Assembly: GCA_964016885.1 (NCBI GenBank)
Contig: OZ024742.1
Location: 14,570,001 to 14,634,000, forward strand
Source: Eledone cirrhosa
Taxonomy: Eukaryota
Direction: 5' to 3'
Length of the DNA stretch: 64,000 nucleotides
Positions 12,574-25,841 of this stretch are shown in pieces. Position 1 is the stretch's first letter; the number at the start of each line of letters is the position of its first letter. The translations under genes were made by a program, and so were the position numbers. Below the pieces are notes generated by a model. The model did not search any database. It was not told where the DNA came from and saw nothing but the letters and a program-made list of their open reading frames with translations.

Positions 12574-15500
12574 TAAATATATATGGATGTATATATAATG
12601 TATTTTGCAATACACTTTATGCTTAATTAAAAGCATTTTGAAGACCGTAAGCTATTGTTTTAAAGTAGTGACAAATTCACTCACTTTGATCTCAGCAAAC
12701 AGGGGAGATAAGCCGACAAGTCTTGTTTCGCTTTGGTTGAAGCTTATCAAGGCCAACTACCCCACCTGTTTACTGAGATCATTGATGTTATATTCTTATA
12801 GAAATCTAGTAAATAATCAGGAGCTGATTATGCAGAGCGGTTGTTGGTCAGGCAGAAATTAAAAATTAGAATTGGAGCTCTGAAATAGCAATATATATAT
12901 GGATGTATATATATATTAACTTGTATATTTACCATGCGGTATTCTAATTCTATTGTATCTCTCTCAGTTATTTACCATGCGACTCTCAGTTCCTTACCCC
13001 CCCCCCCTCTTCTCTATGCATCTCTTTAAGGTTTACTACCCTGTCTTTAACCTATTCAACCTAATTCATTCAATCTGAAATATTGAAGAGATAAGACACT
13101 TTCCCATTCTTCTCTGCTAAAATGTATCACTAGAGTTGATTCCAATTGTCCAGCCATCCATCCATTCTCACTAATCTCCGAAGGTATTTTAGCCTACATA
13201 TTGTTGTTAATATTATGATGTTCCCTGCTGTATTAGCGATAAATTTTCGAAGGTTTCTCTTAGTAGTTTTCATGACGTTATTATTGTTAATTTTACTGAT
13301 GTAGTATTAACTTGGATATTTACCATGCGGTATTCTAATTCTATTGTATCTCTCTCAGTTATTTACCATGCGACCCTCAGTTCCTACCTCACAAGCTCCC
13401 TCCCCCTCCCCCCCACCCCCACACACCACCATAGTCTATTCGACCAATCAAACCTAGCATGCCATTTCTACTGCTGCTGCTACTACCTGCCTAACTAACT
13501 CTCTCCTCCTCTGGCGCATCCCAACACACCCTGCCATTACCCCACCACCACTGTTCTTCTAGCCCTCAATTTTCCCACCGTTATGGATGGATGAGCTGAG
13601 AATACATTTGAGCAACTCTGAATCAATAGATGAAATATGAATCTGCGAGCTACCAAGCACCCACGTGAAGCGCCAACCCAGAGACCCTCCCCTACGAGTG
13701 TCGACAAATGCCCAAAACTCCGAGTTGGTACCATCAATGTAGGCTCAATGAAAGGAAGCGCAGGAGAAATCGTAGAAATGCTAGAGCGAAAGGAAGTTGA
13801 TGTATGCTGTGTGCAAGAGACTAGATGGAGAGGAGGGTCTGCTAGAGTCCTTGTAGGAAAAAGCCAGTGCTACAAATTTTTCTGGGTGGGAAATGACGAT
13901 GGGATGGGTGGTGTAGGTATACTACTAGCTGACAAGTGGGTAGATAAAGTAATCTCAGTGTACAGGGTAAATGCAAGAATCATTAAACTCAGACTAGTCC
14001 TGAATAAGACAATTACCACAATAATATCAGCTTACGCACCCCAATCGGGGCTGCCAGACGAACTTAAGGATAGGTTTTACGAGTCCCTAATACACACTAC
14101 TGCTCTAACAGACGACAAGGACTTCCTAATCACTGCAGGAGATTTTAACGGACACGTAGGTAAACACTGTGACGGCTTCAATAGAGTACATGGAGGCCAT
14201 GGAGTTGGCACAAGGAATGAGGAAGGATTCAGACTTCTAGAATTCTGCGACGCCAATGACATGTCGATATGTAACACAAACTTTAAAAAACCCGACAACC
14301 ACCTGATCACCTATAGATCAGGGGAGCACTCTAGTCAGTTAGATTTTATCCTCATCAGAGGACGTGACAGATGGACGGTCGTAAACACAAAAGCCTTCCC
14401 TAGTGAGGAATGTACATCCCAACATAGCTTAGTTGTCAGCGACCTCACGGTCAGAACTAGACGAGCCCTGAAACAGAGGCCAACCTGGAGAAGAAAGATC
14501 TGGAAGCTGAAAGTCCCCTCAACCAGTAACAGATTTAAAGATATTTTACTCAATGCCTACGACAGTAAAGAAGAACAGATAGAGACATTTAACGTAGAAG
14601 AGAACTGGGAGTTCCTAAAAAATAACTTACTAGTGGCGACGGATGAGGTTTGTGGCTGGAGTAAGACCTCAAGCAGGAGGAGAGTGACTTGGTGGTGGAA
14701 CAATAAGGTAGATGAAGCAGTCAAGGCCAAGAGACAGGCATGGAAAGAATGGAAGAACGGGGGGAGCAGGGTACATTACATAGAGACCAAGAGGGAAGCT
14801 AGGCGACACGTATACTTAGCTAGGAGGGAAGCAGAGGATAGAAAATTCAAGCATGTTTTACAACGTGAGGACCAGAAACAGGAGGTATTCAAGATTGCGA
14901 GGCAGTGTGTCAGAGATAGTTGTGATGTCATTGGAGAGAAGTGTATTCGGAATGATAAAGGTGAGCTTGCCCTCACAAGTGCTGAGAAGAAAGATGCATG
15001 GAAGAGTCATTATGATAGATTACTAAATGAGGAGAATGCATGGGAAGAAGAGACCCTACCCCACGTAGACCCTATAGAGGGACCAGCAGTACAAGTCAGC
15101 GGCAGCGTAGTAAGTAAGGCAATCAGAGATATGAAGATGGGGAAGGCAACCGGTCCATCGGGTATAGCTGCCGAGATGCTGAAGGCATCTGGGTCTGTAG
15201 GTCACACTATAACCACACGTATCGTTAACCAGGTAATACTAGAAGGGGCCATACCAAAAGATTGGTGCAGTAGCATCATTGTCAACTGCTACAAAGGTAA
15301 AGGCGATGCACTAGATAGAGGAAACTATAGAGGTATAAAGTTGATGGACCAGGTCATGAAAGTAACAGAAAGAGTTATAGCACAGCTGATTAGAGACCGG
15401 GTGAATATAGACGAGATGCAATTTGGGTTTGTACCAGGGAGAGGCACCACTGATGCCCTCTTCCTTGTGAGGCAATTACAGGAAAAGTACCTAGCTAAAA

Positions 15501-17892
15501 GTAAGCCACTCTACTTGGCATTTGTCGACCTTGAGAAAGCCTTTGACAGAGTTCCACGTGCAGTAATCTGGTGGGCTCTTAGAAAACTAGGAGTAGATGA
15601 ATGGCTTGTGAAAGCGGTACAAGCCATGTATAGGGGAGCAGTCAGCAAAGTTAGGATTGGCAATGAGTATAGCGAGGAATTTAGCGTACAGGTTGGGGTC
15701 CACCAGGGCTCTGTTCTTAGCCCTCTCCTGTTCATCATAGTCCTGCAGGCAATAACGGAGGAGTTTAAGACCGGATGCCCATGGGAACTCCTGTATGCTG
15801 ATGACCTCGCACTCATAGCTGAATCTATGGTAGAACTAGAGAATAAATTCCAAACCTGGAAGCAGGGACTAGAGAGAAAGGGCCTCAAAGTCAACATGAC
15901 AAAGACTAAGGTCCTTGTAAGTAGACGAGAAAACAGAACCCAGATCCCCTCAGGGAAATGGCCTTGCTCAGTATGTAGGAAAGGTGTAGGTAGGAACTCC
16001 ATTCTCTGCCCCAAATGCAAACAATGGGTACACAAGAGATGTAGCGGGATCTCAGGAAGCTTAATTAAGAATGTAGGATTCACATGCAGCAGCTGTGCTG
16101 AAACAGCAAGCAAACAGCCACAGGAAACAAGTACCACCAATCTCTGGGAGGGCCCTGTAGAAACAGTAGACAGCTTCTGCTACCTAGGTGACCGAATTAG
16201 CAACGGAGGTGGGTGCTCAGAAAGTACAATAACTAGGGTAAGAACGGGATGGAAGAAGTTTAGGGAACTACTACCACTGCTAGCTGCAAAAGGCTTCTCC
16301 CTCAGAATGAAAGGCAGACTGTATGATGCGTGTATCCGAACAGCGATGTTGCATGGTAGTGAGACCTGGGCGCTGAAGGTGGAAGACTTACGTAGATTAG
16401 AGAGAAACGAAGCCTGCATGCTCCGATGGATGTGTAACAGTAATATACGTGAACGACAAAGCATAAAGGAATTGAGAGAGAGACTGAGCATAAGAGGAAT
16501 CAAATGCTGCGTGCAGGAGAGGCGGTTGCGCTGGTATGGACATGTGATGCGTATGAAGGATGACAGCTGCATAAAAAGGTGCAGAGCACTAGAAGTTGAT
16601 GGAAACCGCGGAGTGGGGAGACCCAAGATGACTTGGGATGAGGTGATAAAAGCCGACCTTACCCAACTACACCTCTCAAAGACAATGACACACGACCGTG
16701 ACTTCTGGCGTCACGCAGTAATACAGGGTACCCGACCTCCCATGGGTACATGCTGAAGCATATAAACAATATGCCCCCACTCCCCCCACCGCAAGGTGGT
16801 CGTGGAGGTGCCACGGTAAAAAAGCACCCAGCCCACACTGTAAAGTGGATGTGTAGGCGCCACGAAAAAGCACCCAGCACTCACTGTAAATGAGGTTGGT
16901 GTTAGGAAGGGCATCCAGCTGTAGAAATCAAGCCAGATCAGTTCCTGTATGAGCAAGGCATGGTCAGCCGACCAGACACTGCCCACAACAGGACAACCCG
17001 TCTAACCCATGCTAGCGTGGAAGAACGGACGTAAAACGGTGATGATGATGATGATGATGATGATATAATGTATTAAGCATAAAGTGTATCGCAAAATACA
17101 TTATATATACATCCATATATATATTGCTATTTCAGAGCTCCAATTCTAATTTTTAATTTCTGCCTGACCAACAACCGCTCTGCATAATCAGCTCCTGATT
17201 ATTTACTAGATTTCTATAAGAATATAACATCAATGATCTCAGTAAACAGGTGGGGTAGTTGGCCTTGATAAGCTTCAACCAAAGCGAAACAAGACTTGTC
17301 GGCTTATCTCCCCTGTTTGCTGAGATCAAAGTGAGTGAATTTGTCATTACTTTAAAACAATAGCTTACTGTCTTCAAAATGCTTTTAATTAAGCATAAAG
17401 TGTATTGCAAAATGCATCATATATACATCCATATATATATTGCTATTTCAGAGCTCCAATTCAAATATAAATATATATATATATATAGCGGCGATGAATT
17501 AGTTTAGCGAGATTTTTATATGAAATCGTGTGTCAAAACAGATATTGTTATACTTGGGGAGGGTCATATTTGCGTAATATTGCTAGAATTAATAACAGAA
17601 CACACTCACTGTTTGGTTGGTTTTAGCTTCTCGCTGTCTTTTATATCTGCGATCTAACTTACTCGGTCCTCAATGTTGCCATTGACTGACCGACGGTCAA
17701 AAATAATACAGATACAATATAGACACAAACACATATTATTTTTGACCGCCGGTCAGTCAATGGCAACATTGAGGACCGAGTAAGTTAGATCGCAGATATA
17801 AAAGACAGCGAGAAGCGAAAACCAACCAAACAGTGAGTGTGTTCTGTTATTAATTCTGGCAATATTACGCAAATATGACCCTCCCCAAGTAT

Positions 17893-17938
<46 letters not shown>

Positions 17939-17975
17939 TATATATATATATATATATATATAACAATATATATAT

Positions 17976-18037
<62 letters not shown>

Positions 18038-21000
18038 CGTTAAATTTTCCCTGCTGTATTAGCGATAAATTTTCGAGGGTTTCTCTTAGTAGTTTTTCAT
18101 GACGTTATTATTGTTAATTTTACTGATGTAGTATTAACTTGGATATTTACCATGCGACCCTCAGTTCCTACCTCACAATTTCCCTCCCCCCCACCCCCAC
18201 ATACCACCATAGTCTATTCGACCAATCAAACCTAGCATGCCATTTCCACTGCTGCTGCTACTACCTGCCTAACTAACTCTCTCCTCCTCTGGCGCATCCC
18301 AACACACCCTGCCATTACCCCACCACCACTGTTCTTCTAGCCCTCAATTTTCCCACCGTTATGGATGGATGAGCTGGGAATACACGAGCAACTCTGAATC
18401 AATAGATGAAATATGAATCTGCGAGCTACCAAGCACCCACGTGAAGCGCCAACCCAGAGACCCTCCCCTACGAGTGTCGACAAATGCCCAAAACTCCGAG
18501 TTGGTACCATCAATGTAGGCTCAATGAAAGGAAGAGCAGGAGAAATCGTAGAAATGCTAGAGCGAAAGGAAGTTGATGTATGCTGTGTGCAAGAGACTAG
18601 ATGGAGAGGAGGGTCTGCTAGAGTCCTTGTAGGAAAAAGCCAGTGCTACAAATTTTTCTGGGTGGGAAATGACGATGGGATGGGTGGTGTAGGTATACTA
18701 TTAGCTGACAAGTGGGTAGATAAAGTAATCTCAGTGTACAGGGTAAATGCAAGAATCATTAAACTCAGACTAGTCCTGAATAAGACAATTACCACAATAA
18801 TATCAGCTTACGCACCCCAATCGGGGCTGCCAGATGAACTTAAGGATAGGTTTTACGAGTCCCTAATACACACTACTGCTGTAACAGACGACAAGGACTT
18901 CCTAATCATTGCAGGAGATTTTAACGGACACGTAGGTAAACACTGCGACGGCTTCAATAGAGTACATGGAGGCCATGGAGTTGGCACAAGGAATGAGGAA
19001 GGATTCAGACTTCTAGAATTCTGCGACGCCAATGACATGTCGATATGTAACACAAACTTTAAAAAACCCGACAACCACCTGATCACCTATAGATCAGGGG
19101 AGCACTCTAGTCAGTTAGATTTTATCCTCATCAGAGGACGTGACAGATGGACGGTCGTAAACACAAAAGCCTTCCCTAGTGAGGAATGTACATCCCAACA
19201 TAGCTTAGTTGTCAGCGACCTCACGGTCAGAACTAGACGAGCCCTGAAACAGAGGCCAACCTGGAGAAGAAAGATCTGGAAGCTGAAAGTCCCCTCAACC
19301 AGTAACAGATTTAAAGATATTTTACTCAACGCCTACGACAGTAAAGAAGAACAGATAGAGACATTTAACGTAGAAGAGAACTGGGAGTTCCTAAAAAATA
19401 ACTTACTAGAGGCGACGGATGAGGTTTGTGGCTGGAGTAAGACCTCAAGCAGGAGGAGAGTGACTTGGTGGTGGAACAATAAGGTAGATGAAGCAGTCAA
19501 GGCCAAGAGACAGGCATGGAAAGAATGGAAGAACGGGGGGAGCAGGGTACATTACATAGAGACCAAGAGGGAAGCTAGGCGACAAGTATACTTAGCTAGG
19601 AGGGAAGCAGAGGATAGAAAATTCAAGCATGTTTTACAACGTGAGGACCAGAAACAGGAGGTATTCAAGATTGCGAGGCAGTGTGTCAGAGATAGTTGTG
19701 ATGTCATTGGAGAGAAGTGTATCCGGAATGATAAAGGTGAGCTTGCCCTCACAAGTGCTGAGAAGAAAGATGCATGGAAGAGTCATTATGATAGATTACT
19801 AAATGAGGAGAATGCATGGGAAGAAGAGACCCTACCCCACGTAGACCCTATAGAGGGACCAGCAGTACAAGTCAGCGGCAGCGTAGTAAGTAAGGCAATC
19901 AGAGATATGAAGATAGGGAAGGCAACCGGTCCATCGGGTATAGCTGCCGAGATGCTGAAGGCATCTGGGTCTGTAGGTCACACTATAACCACACGTATCG
20001 TTAACCAGGTAATACTAGAGGGGGCCATACCAAAAGATTGGTGCAGTAGCATCATTGTCAACTGCTACAAAGGTAAAGGCGATGCACTAGATAGAGGAAA
20101 CTATAGAGGTATAAAGTTGATGGACCAGGTCATGAAAGTAACAGAAAGAGTTATAGCACAGCTGATTAGGGACCGGGTGAATATAGACGAGATGCAATTT
20201 GGGTTTGTACCAGAGAAAGGCACCACTGATGCCCTCTTCCTTGTGAGGCAATTACAGGAAAAGTACCTAGCTAAAAGTAAGCCACTCTACTTGGCATTTG
20301 TCGACCTTGAGAAAGCCTTTGACAGAGTTCCACGTGCAGTAATCTGGTGGGCTCTTAGAAAACTAGGAGTAGATGAATGGCTTGTGAAAGCGGTACAAGC
20401 CATGTATAGGGGAGCAGTCAGCAAAGTTAGGATTGGCAATGAGTATAGCGAGGAATTTAGCGTACAGGTTGGGGTCCACCAGGGCTCTGTTCTTAGCCCT
20501 CTCCTGTTCATCATAGTCCTGCAGGCAATAACGGAGGAGTTTAAGACCGGATGCCCATGGGAACTCCTGTATGCTGATGACCTCGCACTCATAGCTGAAT
20601 CTATGGTAGAACTAGAGAATAAATTCCAAACCTGGAAGCAGGGACTAGAGAGAAAGGGCCTCAAAGTCAACATGACAAAGACTAAGGTCCTTGTAAGTAG
20701 ACGAGAAAACAGAACCCAGATCCCCTCAGGGAAATGGCCTTGCTCAGTATGTAGGAAAGGTGTAGGTAGGAACTCCATTCTCTGCCCCAAATGCAAACAA
20801 TGGGTACACAAGAGATGTAGCGGGATCTCAGGAAGCTTAATTAAGAATGTAGGATTCACATGCAGCAGCTGTGCTGAAACAGCAAGCAAACAGCCACAGG
20901 AAACAAGTACCACCAATCTCTGGGAGGGCCCTGTAGAAACAGTAGACAGCTTCTGCTACCTAGGTGACCGAATTAGCAACGGAGGTGGGTGCTCAGAAAG

Positions 21001-24000
21001 TACAATAACTAGGGTAAGAACGGGATGGAAGAAGTTTAGGGAACTACTACCACTGCTAGCTGCAAAAGGCTTCTCCCTCAGAATGAAAGGCAGACTGTAT
21101 GATGCGTGTATCCGAACAGCGATGTTGCATGGTAGTGAGACCTGGGCGCTGAAGGTGGAAGACTTACGTAGATTAGAGAGAAACGAAGCCTGCATGCTCC
21201 GATGGATGTGTAACAGTAATATACGTGAACGACAAAGCATAAAGGAATTGAGAGAGAGACTGAGCATAAGAGGAATCAAATGCTGCGTGCAGGAGAGGCG
21301 GTTACGCTGGTATGGACATGTGATGCGTATGAAGGATGACAGCTGCATAAAAAGGTGCAGAGCACTAGAAGTTGATGGAAACCGCGGAGTGGGGAGACCC
21401 AAGATGACTTGGGATGAGGTGATAAAAGCCGACCTTACCCAACTACACCTCTCAAAGTCAATGACACACGACCGTGACTTCTGGCGTAACGCAGTAATAC
21501 AGGGTACCCGACCTCCCATGGGTACATGCTGAAGCATATAAACAATATGCCCCCCCCCCCCCCCCCCCCACCGCAAGGTGGTCGTGGAGGTGCCACGCCA
21601 AAAAAGCACCCAGCCCACACTGTAAAGTGGACGTGTAGGCGCCACGAAAAAGCACCCAGCACTCACTGTAAATGAGGTTGGTGTTAGGAAGGGCATCCAG
21701 CTGTAGAAATCAAGCCAGATCAGTTCCTGTATGAGCAAGGCATGGTCAGCCGACCAGACACTGCCCACAACAGGACAACCCGTCTAACCCATGCTAGCGT
21801 GGAAGAACGGACGTAAAACGGTGATGATGATGATGATGATATATATATATATATATAACACACACACACACATACACATATATATATACTTGTGTGAGTA
21901 TATGTACACTCCTCTTACATGTGCACATACCCATATATAAACATTCATACACCTATACTCACATATACATACACACAAACACATATATATACTCGTTCCT
22001 ATTACCCACTCTATTACCCTAAGTATTGAGTACTTTGGTGCATTATGGTCCATCTGGTTCCTTACCACATTCCTTTGTTATATATACACATATATATACA
22101 TGTATATACATATATACATATATATATACATCCATACATATATATATACATATATATACATATATATATACATACACATATATATATACATACATACTCA
22201 TACACACATACACACACAAGCATATACATACATACACATACATAAACATATATACATACATATATATATATATACACACATAATTATACACACACATAAA
22301 TATATTTCCATATCATACATAGATGTATATTTTTACTCATGCAATTACGGGTGGTTGTGTATCTTGTTGCCTTTAGTCATTAACGCATAAATCCAGGGAA
22401 ACTAAAACATTAAAAGGCAAAGATAAGCATGAAAGCATATAATTAGGGGAAAGAGGTACTAATAAATGTTATTCTATACAGAATTATAGCGAGTTGCTGT
22501 TTAGAATATTTAATTGGGTTTATAGTATTTAATTAGGTTTATAGTATTTAAATGTTTTTCGTACACAGTGATTACAGACTATGATCAATTCTTGTCTTTT
22601 ATTTAATAAATCGTAGATTTAGTAATTTCCAAGATCTCTCCTGAACATAATCTGCATTCTTTCCTGTTCCCAAGATATGGACTTTTTTGTAGAATGGTGT
22701 TCCACGATAACTTGAAATCTATTTTTTTCTTTTTATAATTATTTACCGCTGCAGCTAAAGATGTGGTGTTTGCTAGTTTAGTATTGTTGAAACTACTAGA
22801 GTGTGCGTAAAATCTTTTCTTAAATGTGTTTGATGTAGATCCTATATATGTTTTGTTGGAGTCTGTTGTAGACACAGTGCATTTATATATTACATTATTA
22901 ATCAAACAGTTTCCATTTAAGGGGCAAATGCTTCTATTTCTGCAATTACAGCCATACTTAAGATGGTTTTTGGGGGTGCCTATGTAACGGAATATTATGT
23001 GTGGTTGTAACGACAAGTGGATGGATGGATGTAACTGTTGGTATGGTGGTTTCAGTGTAAATAAAAATACCAGGAGTGTTGTTACAAAGTTTATTTTATT
23101 ACAACAATATTCAATTTGAATATTGAATGATAAAATAATTGACACAAAATATTCATACAATAATTTGGTGGCTCTACGAGCCACGTAAATTCAAATATCA
23201 CAGAATACGATTATAATATGTGTAAACAGAAATGAATGGTGCGTGTACAAATGTTGGACTCACTATGAATTGCGTGTGTGCAGCGTATCAGTATATTTAT
23301 TTATTTGTATTGCAGGAGTCAGCGATCAGCCAGGAAGGTGAGAATAAGTGGTAGACTGGTTTTCGTGACGAGAGCCTGTAAATGAGACTCGTCTTGTCTG
23401 TATCCACGGTTTTTCTGTTTTTGGCGTAAACAATCCCTCTATTTATAAGAGTTAAAGTTAGAAGGATAGATATATCCTCTGAACTTTGGTTAGTCTCCCA
23501 AGGGATTAGTTTGCCAAGCGTAAACAAGTCAGAAAGATGGATATATCCTCTGACCTATTTTCTGTCAGGCGTAAACACCTCTGACCTGTATTTAGCCTCT
23601 CCCAAGGGGTTAGTCTCTTGAGCATAAACAAGTTACCACGGCTTGTCCCAGAGGCGGGAAAGCTCAGATTCGGTTTTGAATCTTCGCCGCCGTTATACCT
23701 ATACTATTCTCATTTATCCTTGTAATTAATGATAGCAGGAGAATGAAGGTTGCTTTGTTGGTGGTTTGGTGCTAGAGTTGTCTTGTAATTTTGTGTTCTG
23801 TTGTTTTTGTGTTGGTGATTTGCGTGGTTGTGTTTTCTAGGTTGAAGGATTGTATTATTTGTCTTTTTAAAAGGTGCAGTCCTATTTAAATTATGTTGCG
23901 GTGGTGTATTCACATTATTTTAAAGTTTATAAATGTTGTAGTTGCTTATTTTTTGTTTGAGATTGCTTGATGTAGAGTATGAGAATTTAACAGTATATTT

Positions 24001-25778
24001 GTTAAATTTTTGGTGGTATCTGTGGTTTGGTGGAAAATGTTTATGTAGTATTTCAAAGAATTTTGGGGGGATTTGTCCAATAGTTTGTAGGTTGAAGGGT
24101 GTGTTGTACCATGTTATGTTTCTTTTGCGGTTTTTAGTTAAGTTTTTATTATCCCTTATATTATTGTGTTGTGTTCTAGAAGAATTCCTATGGTTAGTGT
24201 CCTTATTTGTGGAATTTGGTAAATTATCATGGTTGTTTTTGGTGTTATTTTTGGGTAGATTATGAGATTTTGAGTGCTTGGTATTCATATGTGGGTTGAT
24301 AACATTGGTCATAGATTGTTTAGTAATAGTTGTTGTGGTTTTTCGGTTGTTTGGTGTAATAGGAATAACCACTTTAGGTGTTTGTTTCAATGGTATTTTT
24401 TGGTGTTTATAGTTTTTGATAGGTTTTATGTTTTGGTCCATAGTAGTGTTGGGGATATATGAGATTTTTTCTTTATATCCACTTCTAGTTAAGGCCTCAT
24501 TGTAGAAGGGCGCATTATTATAAAATATATCTTCATTGGAAGATAATTTAGAAAGTCTAAAAGATATGTTATATACTAAGTTCTTGAGTATAGAGACAGG
24601 GTGGTTAGATCGTGAATGTACATAATGTAGATTCTGGTTGGATTTGTGGTAAGGTTGATAAGTATTCGTAGAGAGATCTAAGGTAACATCAAGGAAATTA
24701 GCTACTTTTGAAGTGTTTTCAAAAGTGATGCTAAGGCTGTAATAGTCCTTGAGGAATTTTCTAATTTGCTTTTTGTTCTTCTCCTTCTCTATTTTTGAAT
24801 TGCTAAGATTGTTAGATAACAATAGACAATCATCCCGATAAAGACCACCTCTGAGGTGGGGAAAAGAGTCATGAATGTTATAGAGGAGAAATAGTCCAAC
24901 GAGGTCTGTAACTTGAGCAGAGTCCATGGATCCCATCGTAATCTCAAATAAGTTGTTATACGTGTTTCTTGTCCAATATTCATCTTGGAAGTTTAGTAAG
25001 GTTTTTCTAGCGTGAGTTATGATGTTGATTTCCTCAGTAGATAAATCCGATCTATTTCTGGCAAAGATCAGTGCTTTGTTTAAAAGAATTGGAGAGATCA
25101 AAGAATAGTAAGAATCGATGTCGAATTGAATGAATGAAGCTGAGTTTTTATTCTCAATGGTAGTAAACCATTCGATAACTTGGGAAGTGTTATCCCATAG
25201 TGGATGCGTTACAAATTTTCGAATTTGCGGAATGATACGATCAATAATTTTTTTGCTGATATTACCGATATCAGTTTGTAAACTTACATAGATCAATAAC
25301 TGAGTATAGATACAATGTATTATCACCATCTAGAAACGATCGTAAAGCAGTGAAGTATATCTCTAATGACTTGATTTCTTATTTCATTGTTTTAACTTAT
25401 ATATATATTTATATATATATATTTGTGGAGACGCGTGGTTGTGAGTTTGATTCCTGGACCAGGTGATGCGTTATGTCCTTGAGCAAGACACTTTATTTTT
25501 ATGTTGGTCCTTCTACCTGGAGTTGCGACCAATAGATAGTATTAGCAATTGGAAAGACCAATGGAAACATTGTTTCCTCGGTCCGTTTGACGAATGTCGA
25601 TTGACTGTCGATATATATATATATACACTCACCAAAAAAGTGTCCAGTCTACACTGTAAAGTGGTTGGCATTAGGAATGGCATCTAGCGGTAGATGGATG
25701 TTAAATGGTGATGATGATATATACATATGTCATCATCATATATATATATGTATATATATGTGTGTGTGTGTATATATG

Positions 25779-25841
<63 letters not shown>

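Noticed and set aside
12258-12636. YIYI/CVCV-rich ORFs here and near 17900, 22100, 25750, 46400, 53400 and 54600
   Set aside because: Translations of (TA)n, (CA)n and (CT)n microsatellites
14077-16626. Antisense ORFs over the RTE copies (e.g. 209 aa), conserved in all three
   Set aside because: Conservation follows from copy identity; no recognisable domain
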